From NCBI GenBank assembly GCA_028534125.1, contig JAPYYK010000098.1, positions 434,001-498,000 of the forward strand: a stretch of 64,000 bases of DNA, given 5' to 3'. Below, in pieces: positions 1 through 49,480 of this stretch. Source of the stretch: Lama glama (Eukaryota). Every line of letters begins with the position of its first letter. Within the stretch, counting starts at the first letter, position 1. The position numbers were made by a program, and so were the translations under genes. Below the pieces are notes generated by a model. That model was not told the DNA's origin and searched no databases. It saw only the letters and a list, made by a program, of their open reading frames with translations.

Positions 1-1167
1 CAGGCTGTGGTAGGGGGGTAATCCTCTGTTCTGAGGGTGCCAGGAGGCAAGAAGCAGGGGGGAGGCCAGCCTGAATCAAGAAAGACAGGAGAGAGCCTGT
101 CTCTTGGAGGGTGAAGGACGCCGTTGTGTGTTTAACGGTGCAAAGCACGGCAGTCGATGGTGAAACACACGCCCGCCCCCCAGGCGCCCTTATGAAGCCA
201 GCCTCGCGGAGATCGGCTTGCCGTGAGCAGAGGAGGGGCCCATTGCACACTGGCTTCGCTTGGAAAAAAAGTGATTAGAGAGTAAGAAAAGTAAATTACA
301 TAACAATAAATATACCACAGTAAGAGTAAACTCAGTCAAAACTGAGGTTAGAGAAGTTCCTCAGTGCTGACTTGGCTCAGCCACCTGTGTCCCCCTACCA
401 TGGGAGCTGGGCGCCCAGCAGGGTCGCCCAGGGCCCCCCCGCCCGGATGCGCTGTGTGCCTTGTGGGACGTAGGGGCTCAGCGAGGAAACTGCCTGCCGT
501 CCTGCCTCGTGGTCGGTGGGGGGGCTTCTGGCCTGGACGGTTCCAGCCTACAAGTCGGCGTCACCGAGGGGCCGGGGCTCCCTGCAGACAGGCCTTGAGC
601 CGGGCTGCTCCAGAAACGAGGGCTGGACTTGACTGCTGAGGTCCCGGCTCTGGAAGCAGATGTGAACCTCCCTGTCTTTCCTCGCCCCTTGAGCGTCCAT
701 CTCTGCGTCTTTCTCTAAGAGCCAGAGTGAGGGCGGGGCCTCCAGCTCGTCCTTGCCGCCCCGCCGCCCGTAGGCCTTCGCTGGTCCTTCGCCAGGGGCC
801 TCAGTCCCTCAGACACACCCTCCCCGACCTGCTCCTCATTGTGATGCGTGTCTTCAAGTCTGTGTGGACTCCTCATTCCAAGCCCACAGACTTGTCAGCC
901 TGCTAGTGCAGCCCTGGGGTTTCCATCGGGTCCTAGGAAGCCGCATGGCGCCCCCAGACCCCCTCTTCTCTGGGTCCAGGAGCAGGCAGCAGTTCTGGCG
1001 GGCAATTGCAGAGGGTGCCGGGACCCTGTCGGAAGGTCTCTTGCATGTGTCCCTGGATCCTTGTACCCCCTTGGGACCGGATGTCACCATCGTCCCCATT
1101 CTATAGAAGAGCAGACTGAGTCCGAGGGGGCCCCAGGGGAGCAGGGGCTCAGACTCGGGGTGTCTGA

Positions 1168-38908
<37,741 letters not shown>

Positions 38909-40210
38909 CCCGCGGGGCTGGGCTGGAGGCCACGTTGCCGGCCTCCACCACAGGGATGCCCGCCCGCCAGCCCGCCCGCCCGCGCGGCCTCCGGCCCAGG
39001 CCCGCCTCGCTGCTGCCGCCGCCCTTGTCAACTGGGGTCAGCTCTGCCCGCACGCTGCTCCTTGTTGGGGGTGTTTAAGTTTGCTCTTTGGGTTTTTCTG
39101 GTTTTGCTTTCTTGTTTCGCTTCAGAGTCTTACAAGGCGGGGGACCTGGCCCCTTCCTCCGCCTGGTGGTCGGGATTTCCGGGCGGCGTCCACTTGGGCT
39201 TTGATTTTCTCCGTCCCTACCCCCCCCAGGGCGTGGGGCAGGCGGGAGCGCGGTGCAGATGGCGTCTGGGGCGGTGTGGCCGCAGTGATCTCAGGGAAGT
39301 ACTTGTAATTACTCTTTTACTTGTGTGCGTCCATCTCCCTGTGGAGACTACATTTCCCCTCGTCCGGCTCCTGCTGGGGAACGGGGAGCAAGCGGACGTG
39401 AGGGGCCAGCCCGGCGCTGCCACTGCGCAAGGAGAGCCAGGGACGTAGCGCCGGGGCCGCCCCGGCTCAGCTTCGAGGGGGCACCTGACGTGGGCCTTGT
39501 GCCCTCCTCGGCCCCTGTGAATGGATGGCGGTCCTCTGTGGTTCTTTGTTCCCTGAGCTGGGAAGCCCCTCCCGGACTTGGCCTTGACCCGGGGGACAGC
39601 CCGTGGGTCTGGCTCATCCTCCTGTCCGGGCTCCGCTATCAGCACGGGGACTTCGGAGTCCCTGCTTGGCAAGTGTCCTTGGGCTGGAGATGGGGCCCTT
39701 CTTGCGTTTGCTCATTCTGAGACGCCTCCTTGTTCTGCCGGAGCACAGAGACCTGTGTTATCTGTCCCTCCTTCTGTCCGAAGCACCTCAGCAGATCTGA
39801 GCCAGGGCCGCCCACAGGACGGCCTCCCTCCAGGCAGCTCCCGGGGGCCAGGGAAGGGGGAGCCGAGCCAGCCGGAAGGAGGCGCTACTCCGAAACTCCC
39901 TCCTCCCAGCCCCTCGTCCACGCAGCAGCCGAGACCTCAGGACGCAGCCTCTGCCTGAGGCCGGGGCCCCCCAGGACAGTCCGGAGCCTGGACCCTGTAG
40001 ACCGCGCCATGGGAACTCCAGCCCAGCCCTGAGCCACACGCGTGAATCCACCTCAGTCCTGGGGGCCAGGCCACGCAATTTATTCTTTTTAAGCTGGAGA
40101 CGGGAAGAATTGTGCCTTGCGTAACACTTGAGCTCAAATCGACAACTCAGATGTAAACAGGCACATCTCTATTTGGTTTATTTAATAAAGCTCTGTCTAA
40201 TTTCTTAAGT
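38909..40210 (+). other. NUP210: NUP210 3'UTR (end approximate)
   Basis: Runs from the stop codon to ~20 nt after the first canonical AATAAA that I found. GU/U-rich tract at ~39065-39125. Confidence 0.75.
40184..40189 (+). terminator. Polyadenylation signal AATAAA of NUP210
   Basis: atttggtttatttAATAAAgctctgtctaatttct: U-rich upstream context, ~1.3 kb after the stop. Confidence 0.8.
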
Positions 40211-42439
40211 GAGCGTGGTTACTGCCGGAGTCACCCGCGTCCTGCCTGAAGTGACCCAGGCCTGGTGACTTTCCTTCCCTTTGTGTGATTTGGGGAACAG
40301 GTCTGTCCTGCTGGCCTCCCTCCTCTGGCTGGACACCCAGGCCTCCCACCTCCGGGAGACTGGCCCGCGGTCAGGGTGTGTGGCCAAGGGGTCTGCTCAC
40401 AACGGCCCACCCAGGGCCCCTAGATGTGTCTTCCCTGTCGGAGGACCTGGCAGCCCTGCCCACACGTCCCCATGTCCCTGGTGTCCCCTCAGCCCTCCCT
40501 CTCCAGCCGCTCTCTCCCTGCAGCTCTGGCTCCCTCCGCTCTCCTCTGAAGCTCATCTGCCCGGGTCCCAGTGCTCTGCTCAGCCACCCTCTCCAACCTC
40601 CACGGTGGGACACCATCCCTGTTAGTTCACTGTCCCTGCCTTGCTGGCCACTGCTCGTCTGCGGCCCCTCCCTCTCCCCCCCGAGGGGCTGGTCCCCCCC
40701 CAGCAGGCCTCAGCCTCCACCTGGCACGCACACAGGGTCATCCGAGTGCCCTGGGAGCAGAGCCTCGCATCCATGAAGCAGGGGTGGAAACGGAGGCTTA
40801 GTGACATTAGCCGCCCCAAGTCACAGGCCGCCCACAGGTGCCGCTGGTGGAGACCAGTTGTCCCCGACGTCACTCAGCATCCTCCTCAGGATCCGAGCCA
40901 CTGATGGGAACTGGACAAAGAGCAGCTGGAACACACTGGACGTTTCCCAGCCCCTCTTGCTGCTGGAAGCCAACATGGGACGACTTCGGGAGCACAGAAC
41001 AGAGCGCCCGGAAGGAAGGGGTGTCCTCCCCTCTCCGATCCTGCCCCCTGGCTCAGCAGACCCGGCAAGGATAGTCCGGCCACGGCGCCTGCACCCCACC
41101 CGGGATGGCCTCCTGACAGGAGAGCCAGACCCCACCCCGGCTGACGGAGGCCCTCTGCCCAGCCCTCCCTCTCTGGGCCCCACGTCTGTCCACCTCCAGG
41201 GACCCACCTGCGCCTGCACGACCTGGGCCCCTCGGCCCTCCTCGCCCATTCCCTGCTCCGGCCAGTCTCTGTGCTCCCATGAATCCGTCCTCTCCTGTCT
41301 CATCCGTCTGGCCTCCCCCCTGGCCCCCCGCCCCAGCCTCTCCCATCTCTGAGGCCTGTCCCCGCCCCGTGCAGCCAGCTGCGGCAGCCCTGCCTGCCCT
41401 GGGATGGGGGGTGCGGCCCCTTCAGGGCACATGCAGTCAGCTGCAGTTTCCCCAAGAGCTGTGCACCCTTCACCTCTGCCCTTCGTCCCTCAGGCCCACC
41501 CCATCCTGTGCCCCCTACCCCCAGCTTTGAGATCAGATAGAGGGGGGTCCAGTCAGGATCCACTCCCTCTCACCTCGTGTTCCCACTCTAGGCTTTGGTT
41601 TTTCCCTCTGTGAAATGGGTTCAGCGGTGCCTGCACAGTTTTGTGAAAATAAACAAAGCAAGGGGCGTGAGGCCTGTGGCTTGGGCAGCAGGTGGGTGAG
41701 CGGGGTCCCTCTCCTGGAGGGGGCGGCGATCTGACTGTGAGAGGGGGAGGCAGCCGCGGCGCTGTGTGGAGGGCCCTGGGGAGCCGGAGGTCACGGGGTA
41801 CACCGTTCGGCTTTCTGTTCCCAAACTAACCAGGCAACTTTCACTCTCTAACCGGTGCCAAAAAGTGCTTTTAGCACCATTTAGCGCTAAAAATATAGTA
41901 TTGCATACAGATTTTTTTTCCTTTAGAATTCCTAAATTTGGCCCCAAAATAACTCTGTTTCTCTCTCTTTCTGTCTCCCCCTGATTTTCTGTGTATTTGT
42001 GAGGTGGGGAGAGGGGAGGATACTGGAACTGTTACCTCTCAAGGTCGTCTGACACGCCGACTCCAAGGCGGCCCAGGACCTGGGCGCCCAGGTAGTTTAA
42101 GAGTTGAGGTGGCCGGAGGTGCAGGCCCACCATCTGGGGCCAGAGGGAAGAAAGAAGTTTCATGTAGGAGAACACAGGCTGCCTAACAAGCCTGCCTCCC
42201 CGCCGCCTTCTGCTCAGCGTGGGCCGCGGTGAGGGCGTCTGCTGGGCTCCAGCTTGGGGGGCAGGAAGGAAACAAACAAATGAAAAAACCACAAACGCAG
42301 CTTCGGTTCTCTTTACCCTCTGCCTTCTGTCTGTTCCCCTCCCTTCTCAGAGGCAACTGCTTTTATAAACTTGCAGCACGTCCTTCCAAAGCAACTTGGA
42401 CGGTGAGTAACAGGCATCGGCTGATTAAGCATCACTGGT

Positions 42440-43110
42440 CTGCAGGCTTTTTCACAGTTTTACCTGATTGTGGTTGTCCCGTGTCACGCTCAGCAGCGTG
42501 CTGCTCCCTCGTAGGTGTCGGGTGCTGTCCCACCACACGGCTGCGTCTTCTTTTTGCTCTCCCTTCCCCGGCTGTGGGGTGTTTGCTGTGCTGAGCAGGG
42601 CTGCAGGGAACCGCCGTGCCCGAGCCTCCACGGGCCCAGCAGCCAGAGCGTTCGCAGGTGGACGCCACGCGGCGGAGCTGCTGGCGCTGAGGGTGGGCCT
42701 GTCACCAATCTGGCCACGTGCTGCTAAATTAATTTCCGAAGCTCTGCACCAGTCGTCACAGCCACCAGCCGGAGCTGGGAGATTGCCTCCCCGGTCCCTG
42801 CCAGCACGCCACATTGCCATCCACGTGTGTCAGTATTGCCGCTGGTTTGGGGAGTGAAACAGCGCTTTGTGAGTTCACTTCAGAAGTTTTGACTCCTGTG
42901 GGGAGGAACTTTCTTACTGGTTTGTTTATCGGCCGGCCGTGTTTTCCTGGCGAGCTGTCTGTCCTCCGCGCGGAGGTCTCCTTGCCTGCTTCTTCCTTGT
43001 CACTCCAGCAGGGGTGCTATAAAACACCTGCTCGCGTGTCACCACTGTGCTGGCCTACGGGCGGCCCTTGCTGCGTAGCAGACGCCGCCCCGTCTCAGGG
43101 ACGCGAGTCA
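42440..43110 (-). mobile_element. Ancient L1M 3' region, heavily GC-substituted
   Basis: Order of degenerate motifs (gctgcagggaac, ggagctgctgg, gctaaatt, ccaccagc, gagtgaaac, tgtttatcggcc) follows the recalled antisense L1M/L1ME 3' consensus. Confidence 0.55.
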
Positions 43111-44049
43111 GCCAGCGTGGACTGCTCCTCCTCGGGCTGGGCCCGTCCGTCTCTCATCCCCTGGTCGCCCCAGTGGGCCGGATGGGACGCGTCCTGCTCA
43201 GGGTGACAGCCAGGAGCCAGCGAGCGGCAGGGACACGCGGCCCCCGAGCCCGGGCCGGGCCGGGCGTGCCACTGTCAACTCTGCAGCCTCGTGGACGAGT
43301 CCCGAGTCTGAAGCTGGAACCGAGAGGCGGGAGCAGACCCTCCCGCGGCCGGGCGGCGCCGCGCAGCCGCAGGCGTGCACGGAGGGGCCGAGGGTCCGGG
43401 TCACGAAGGCAAAGCCCTGTGGGTTGTGTTTTCCTCCCTGGTCTGCGGCCGCGCTTGGTTAAGACACGTGGGTGTTGTATACGTTGATATCTGGTCTGAG
43501 GAAGTTTGCTTCCAGAGTAAACATTTGAAACCCACGAATCCGGTGCGACTCCCTCATGGTGCAGGCAGGAAAGCCGAGGGCCCAGAGGGAGGGGACTGGC
43601 AGGGCCGCCACCCGAGCAGCACACCAGGCCCGCCCCCGCCAGCAGGTCCGTGGGCCTTTCTCCCCGCAGTTCAGTCTCGGGGGGCCCGTGTGCTTCTCAG
43701 CATCAGCACCAGACGGGGTGAGCGTCTCCCTGTGGGAGAGAGAAAGCAGGAGAGCCGAGGCAGGCCCCAGGCCGTGGGCTTGACGAGCGCCTATTATTTT
43801 GTTAAGTTTCGTGTGGTGTGTAATTAGCAAATAAACTTCAGGGGAGGATGTCGTTAGCAGACTCATCAGGTGACCACTTCACGTGGGGAGCATTTATTGA
43901 AGGCAAATAAACACCTTTTATAGGAACCAGAAAAATGCAATCCCATTTCCCCATTGCATCCCCGCTCTCAGGCAGGGTCGCCGTGGGCTGCGGCCCCCCC
44001 AGCGCACCCCACCCTCGCCCCGTCCTTCTCCACAGTCAGCAGCCCAGAC

Positions 44050-44260
44050 CCTGGCGGGCAGGGCCCAGATGCCAGTACCACCAGGGGACGTTGCCCTTGG
44101 ACCCTTCCTGTCACCTCTCTGAACCTCAGTTTCCCTGTCTGCAAAGTGGTAAGTATCACATGAGCTCCACCTGTGTCCTGTGTGGGTTTAGTGAGCTCCT
44201 GTATTGAAAAGCTCCAGCAGGGGGCTGAGCAAACAATTGGTGTTCAATCAATGTGAGCAT
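44050..44260 (+). mobile_element. MIR SINE
   Basis: cacctctctgaacctcagtttccctgtctgcaaagtgg...aattggtgttcaatcaatgtgagc. Confidence 0.7.
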
Positions 44261-47159
44261 TTCTTTGTCTCCCTGGTGGTTGGAGGCAGCTGTCCCCCCT
44301 CTTCCGGGGGCCTTGACACATCATTCCCTGGAGTCCCCGTCACTGCTCAGCGGAAGCAAATCAGTCATCAGGCTCAGGCTCGTGAATGTGGGGGACGGGC
44401 CAGGCAGGTGGCCCCCCAGTGCCAGGGGGCTGGGGGTGGAGGCAGGCGACCTGCGTGCATGGCCTCACGCACTTGGCTCCAGAGGGTCCAAGTCGTCTAG
44501 TTTGCTAGTGGCTCCAAAAATCCAGCTTTCGGGCGATGAAACCTTCCACTGTATAAATCATGATAATAAAATTGGAGTTTAAGAAATATGTGAAAAACAA
44601 CTTACATAGGCCAAAAATCCTGCCCTCAGACCACCAGTTTTCAAACTCTGAATTTCTTCATAAATGGTAAAATTTTGGCACGTGTGACTCCGAACCCCGC
44701 TCCTGTGGCCCTGACAGACATTGCTAATCCATCCCAGGGCTCCTTCCTGCTCAAGCAGGACTCTCCCTCAGAGTTCCCCCAAGTGCAGCATTCTGGCAGC
44801 CGCAGCCAGTCCTCTGGTATCGGCAGAGGAGAGGAGGCCCATCACCCCCCTAATCTACTCCGAGCCCCTCATTTGAGAGACGGGAAGAGACTGGCTTTAG
44901 CTCACCCGTAATCAAAGATGTGAAGGTATCAGCTTTCCTCTGGCAACTGGCCCGGGATGGACACAGATAAAAGGAGAGGCTGAAAGATGCTGAGTGTGCT
45001 AGAAAGTGCAATTTTTTTTCCTCTTCAAAAGTGTAGGTTTGGGACTGAAGCACCTTAAAATGCAGAAGAAGCAGGCAAATGCTACAGCCCAGCTCTCTGC
45101 TCCCACTGCCCACAGGCCCAGGGAGAGTGGGTGGGGGGTTGGTGGGCAGAGGTGGGGGGTTTACCTGTGTAAATGCAATCATTCCAGTAAGTTTTCGGGC
45201 ACCACTGAAGTGACCGTCCCCATCCGTGGGGGGAGGGGAGTGGGAGCTCTCGGTCTAAATCAAAGGAAGACGATCGAGGGCTGTTGGCTGGGCATCCACT
45301 TTGGAGGCAGATTCGCATCAGCTGCCAAGTTGATAATTTTGTTTGCTGAGCCAGGAGGGTCGCGTTGCAGTTATCACCTCCAAGGGATGCTGGCAATGCC
45401 CTGCTCCCCGAGGAGCTGGCGGGTGGGGGGCAGGGCGATGAGTCAGATGGGGCTTGTCTCTGGATGGGCAGATAGGGAGTCGGCCAGGGCTCACAGCACC
45501 TTCTCCGGGTGGAAGTGCTATGGCCTTGAGGAAGGGACCTTTGAGAGCCTCAGTGGAGGCCCCTGGGAGGCGGGGAAGCAGAACCGGGGCGGGAACAGTG
45601 GGCATCTCGGCGGAGGGGACAGTTTGAGCCTAAGGTCAGAAACTTCCAGCCTCATATGGGGACTGTACTGGGCAGCAGGGAGGAACTGCTCGTGGCCTGG
45701 GTTTGAATCCTCACCCACTTGGAACTGAGATATAGCACACTGTTCTGGGTAGAAAAAGCTTTTGGTTCCCAAACCAGGGGATGAGGGATAATTTGGGATG
45801 ACTTCTCTCTCCCAGTCCCCTAACATCCCTCAGGAGGGCGCATGGCTGGGTTGAACTGTTCTGAATTTGGGACGCCCCAAGAGTAGAAGCCAGCAAACTT
45901 AATTCTTCCCAAACTAACAGGACTCTTTTTTAGGCACCTCACATTCCAATTACAAAATGGATAAAACCCATTCAGTAAAATTTCACATAATTTCAGATTC
46001 TGAGGTTATTTAATTTGATAATAAAAACCTCAAGTCCTATTGTAAAATATTCTAATTATGGTCAGTCCTCACTGTACCTCGCTCTGGAAAATGTTCGCTA
46101 TGTTCTACTTCCTATTAATAAAAGCATTCCTTTAAACAAAGTTTGAAAATTGTGGAGCTCAGTGTAGAGAGGATGGAAGAATAGAGTTTTGTCACAACCC
46201 TACGAGGGAGCAGATGAAAAGCTGTGACACCTCTCCTGGAGGCAGTGGGGAGCCATGGATGGTGCCTGAGCGGGAGTGTGACCCGACTGGAGACTGGCGA
46301 TGAGCATTCCTCCGGGGTAGGCGTGTGTGTGAGTGGACCCCCTCAGGGGTAGCGGACAGGATGACTGCTCAGCCCGGGGAGAGCGGACAGGCTGTATTTG
46401 GGGAAAACGTGTGCCCTCACCTGGCCTCTGCCCCCTGGCCCTTTAACCGGGCTCCCCCAGGCTTCTGCTTCTGGTCCTGACTGCCCAGTGGTCCTTCCTC
46501 TCTCTGGGCCTCAGCACCCTTCTCAGTTCTGAGCAGGTGCTCCAGCCCCCAGAGGCTGAGGGTTCCGCAAAGGAGCAGATCCAACGCCCGGGGCCCCCCT
46601 GCCGGCTGGAGCCGCCCCTCTGGGAGCACCGCTGCAGCCCCGGGGCTGCCCTGGTCTTGGCAGGAGGGAGACTGACTCAGCTGCAGAGCCACATCGCAGC
46701 TGGGCTGGGCCGGCCGGCAGTCAGCTCCTCTGCCGGTCACGGCCCAACTTAACCGACACGCCGCGGTGAGGCTCTGAAGGGCAATGCAAGCAGCCCCCAG
46801 CTCCCTGCCTGATTCGGAACGTGCGGGCCAGGCCGTGGGAGGTTAGGCCCGCGGAGACCATGGACCACGGACCATGGAGTGATGCTCAGCTGGAGGGGAG
46901 GCTCCTGACGTGGGACCCCTGAGCCATGCTGCTTCGCCTTGGTCACCCCTCTCCGCCTCCTCCCACCCCAAGTCCGCTGTGGGCTGCAGATGCTCCCGTC
47001 AGCCCCTGGGCCGGCCGGTCTGTCCCTTCTGTGAGTCTTTCTCCCTCCTCCCCTGCCTGGCTCCTCCTTCAGGACAGCGGTCTCACCTCTTCTGCAATTT
47101 CTCTTCTTTCTCCTCCCCTCCCCCTCCCCTCCCCCTCCCCTCCCCCCGTCACACCCCAC

Positions 47160-47305
47160 AGCCCCGCTTCTCAAACTCCGGCCCTCAGATCAACAGCATG
47201 GGCTTCCCCTGCGAGCTGTTAGGACTGAGCCCCCCCGGCCCCGCCCCAGACCTGCTGGAGCAGGACCTGCAGCTCAACAGGACCCCCAGGTGGCTTGTGT
47301 GCACT
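47160..47305 (+). mobile_element. MER5A-like hAT fragment
   Basis: gcttctcaaactccggccc...aacagcat...gagctgttag...ggccccgccccagacctgctgga...caacaggacccccaggtg. Confidence 0.6.
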
Positions 47306-47437
47306 TTTCTCATTACAGAGTAATCGGAGCTAATTGAAGTAGCAAATAGAGACAAGAAAGGAAACCCCCCGTCACCCTCTGCCGATTGCTCACTCCGCTT
47401 TCAGCTTGCCGTTCTGTCTTCCCCAGACTTTTTCATA

Positions 47438-47518
47438 CAGGCATCCCTCAGTATTCACTGGCGGTGGGTTCCAGGACCTGCTCAGATACCAGACTCTGTG
47501 GATGAGGAGGGCTGACTG
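47438..47518. mobile_element. 81-bp MER2/Tigger-family mini-element with TA target-site duplications
   Basis: ta|CAGGCATCCCTCAGTATTCAC...GGTTCCAGGACC...GGATGAGGAGGGCTGACTG|ta. Confidence 0.7.
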
Positions 47519-47619
47519 TACATATGTGTTTTCTCACTGAAATGTCAGCGAGCCTGTGCTCTCCGCTCATGTAGCACGTCGCGGGCACCGTGCCACGCCA
47601 GTAAGTATGGTCTGTAGCC

Positions 47620-47750
47620 ATTAGTCATCATTCAACTGAGCACCTACTGGGTGCCGGGCACTGTGCTAGGCTCCGGGTTGACATCAGGAAACAGGACAGG
47701 TCACTTCCTGCCTCCGGGGAGCTTACATCTAGTTGGGGAAAGAGATAAAC
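47620..47750 (-). mobile_element. L2 3' end
   Basis: cattcaactgagcacctactgggtgccgggcactgtgctagg...cctgcctccggggagcttacatctagttgggga. Confidence 0.8.
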
Positions 47751-48642
47751 CAAGAATCACACCCATCCAGGGCGTGCAGAGGGGGCTGCTGCTGTCGGCA
47801 GAGGCCGGTTGCCTGGAAGGCATGCAGCGTAAGTCACCCAGCCGGTCCCCGGGGGACGAGCGCCCAGCCTGTCCCGGGGCTCTCGTGTTAAGAGCAGCAC
47901 TGAGCTAGACGTCCTCGGTGTACGTGCTGGGCACCTGTCTGGCCACCTCCCTAGGACAGCTTCCTACACATGGGCATGCATTTTCCCTGGCTGGGTTGTA
48001 AGAGTTGTTGAGCCCGAATCCCAACCTGGATTTAATTTCCGAAAGTCCCTCCCTAAACCAGCCGCCCTGACTCTGGGGCTGTCCCTGCTCCAGTGGAGTC
48101 CACTGAGGACAGAAAGGGCAAAAGCAGTGGAGGGTCCTGCTGAGGGGCGGGATGGGCCTCGCAACCCTGAACTTCTCTCACTCTCTCAGCCCAGCCTGCA
48201 CTGGCCGCTGGGCCCCCAGGAGGATTCCGACTTCTCCCTGCACTTCTGGAGCTCGAGTCCGATGTGGAGACAGGAGCAGGAGCGGTCCTGAGGGAGCTGG
48301 GAAGAGGCCCCGGCTGAGTGTAGGGGAGGAGGTGGTCAGGGAGGGCTGCCTGGAAGAGGGGATGCTTGCTCGGCCATCTTGATGGAGTAGTAAAAGGTCT
48401 TCCTGGTGGACAAGGGAAAGAGGGAAAGGTTCCCAGAAAGGGGGAACAGCACTTGCAAAGACGACCAGAGAGAGGACGAAGAGTTGTGTGTGTGTTTTGG
48501 AGGGCACTGGAGGTGGGAGAGAAGGGTGTATCAGAGGTCAGGAGAGTGTCGAGGTTGTGGGGCTGGAGCAGGGCTTCTGTGGGTCCGTGATAGACATTTG
48601 AGTGAGTGAAGTGAGTGACCAGGTCACTGTTTTCTACAAGCA

Positions 48643-48830
48643 GTTCTGGAGTCAGAAGGCCTGGGTTCAAGTTCTGAGTTCACTTCTCATGTGCTGTGTG
48701 ACCATGAGCAAGTTGATGAAACTCTGTGCCTCAGTTTCTTTACCTGGGAAATGGAGGCAATGATGGTGCTTCCATCGTTTAGGCTGAAGAGGTGCGATTG
48801 AATGAGTTAATTAGTGGGAAGTACTGGGAA
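48643..48830 (+). mobile_element. MIR SINE
   Basis: tctggagtcagaaggcctgggttcaag...gctgtgtgaccatgagcaagtt...ctctgtgcctcagtttctttacctgggaaatgg. Confidence 0.85.
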
Positions 48831-49029
48831 GGGTTCCAGGCACACGAAGGCGCAGCCAGAGCCCAAGGCCCGGTCACCCCTCCCCTGCGGGGGTGCTTGT
48901 GGGTAGTCAGCAGCGCCCAGCAGACACGCACGCGCCTGGCCCTCCGCTCGGCAGACGCGGCTTCTCTCGTGGGGCTGGCGCCATGGTGGGGAGACAGGAA
49001 AGTGTAAATGGACAGCATGGTTGCAGAGA

Positions 49030-49271
49030 TAATGTTACGGCCAAGAGAAACAAACAAGGTGGCAGGAGAGAGGACAATGGCAGACGGGACATGCTTCCGT
49101 TTGGTGGTCGGGGAAGACTTTTCTGCAGCGATGTCTGAGCTGAGATCTCAGAGCCGCGGAATCAGCAAAGATGGAGAAGTGGGAGCCTTCCAGGTTGAAG
49201 GAACAGCACGTGCGAAGGCCCTGAGGTGGGAGTGCTACCAGCCTGATCGTGGAACAGCCCGGGGGCTGTGG
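49030..49271 (-). mobile_element. L2 fragment interrupted by MER53
   Basis: ggtggtcggggaagactttt...tgagctgagatct...ttccaggttgaaggaacagcacgtgcgaaggccctgaggtggga. Confidence 0.7.
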
Positions 49272-49279
49272 GGCTGGAG

Positions 49280-49480
49280 TAGGATTGCTAGATTAAGCCA
49301 ACAAAAATATAAGGCCTGCAGTTAAATTTCTGAAATTAGAATTTCAGAAAAATAGCAAATAATTTTTTAGTATACGTGTGTCCCATGCAACATTTGGGAC
49401 ACACTAACACTAAAAAATTGTTTGTTGTTGATCTGAAATTCCAGTTTGACTGGGAACCTCTGTTTCATCCGGCAATCCTA
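49280..49480. mobile_element. MER53 palindromic hAT MITE, full length, with perfect 8-bp TSD
   Basis: Ends TAGGATTGC / GCAATCCTA; central GTGTGTCCCA-loop-TGGGACACAC; GGCTGGAG duplicated at 49272-49279 and 49481-49488. Confidence 0.92.

Noticed and set aside
44500-46160. AT-rich patches at 44500-44680 and 45890-46160 (also 50920-51290) as novel elements
   Set aside because: Ends such as agtttgaaaa and ttttcaaact look like old hAT/Charlie remnants. I could not assign a family or find a distinct structure, so they are left uncalled.
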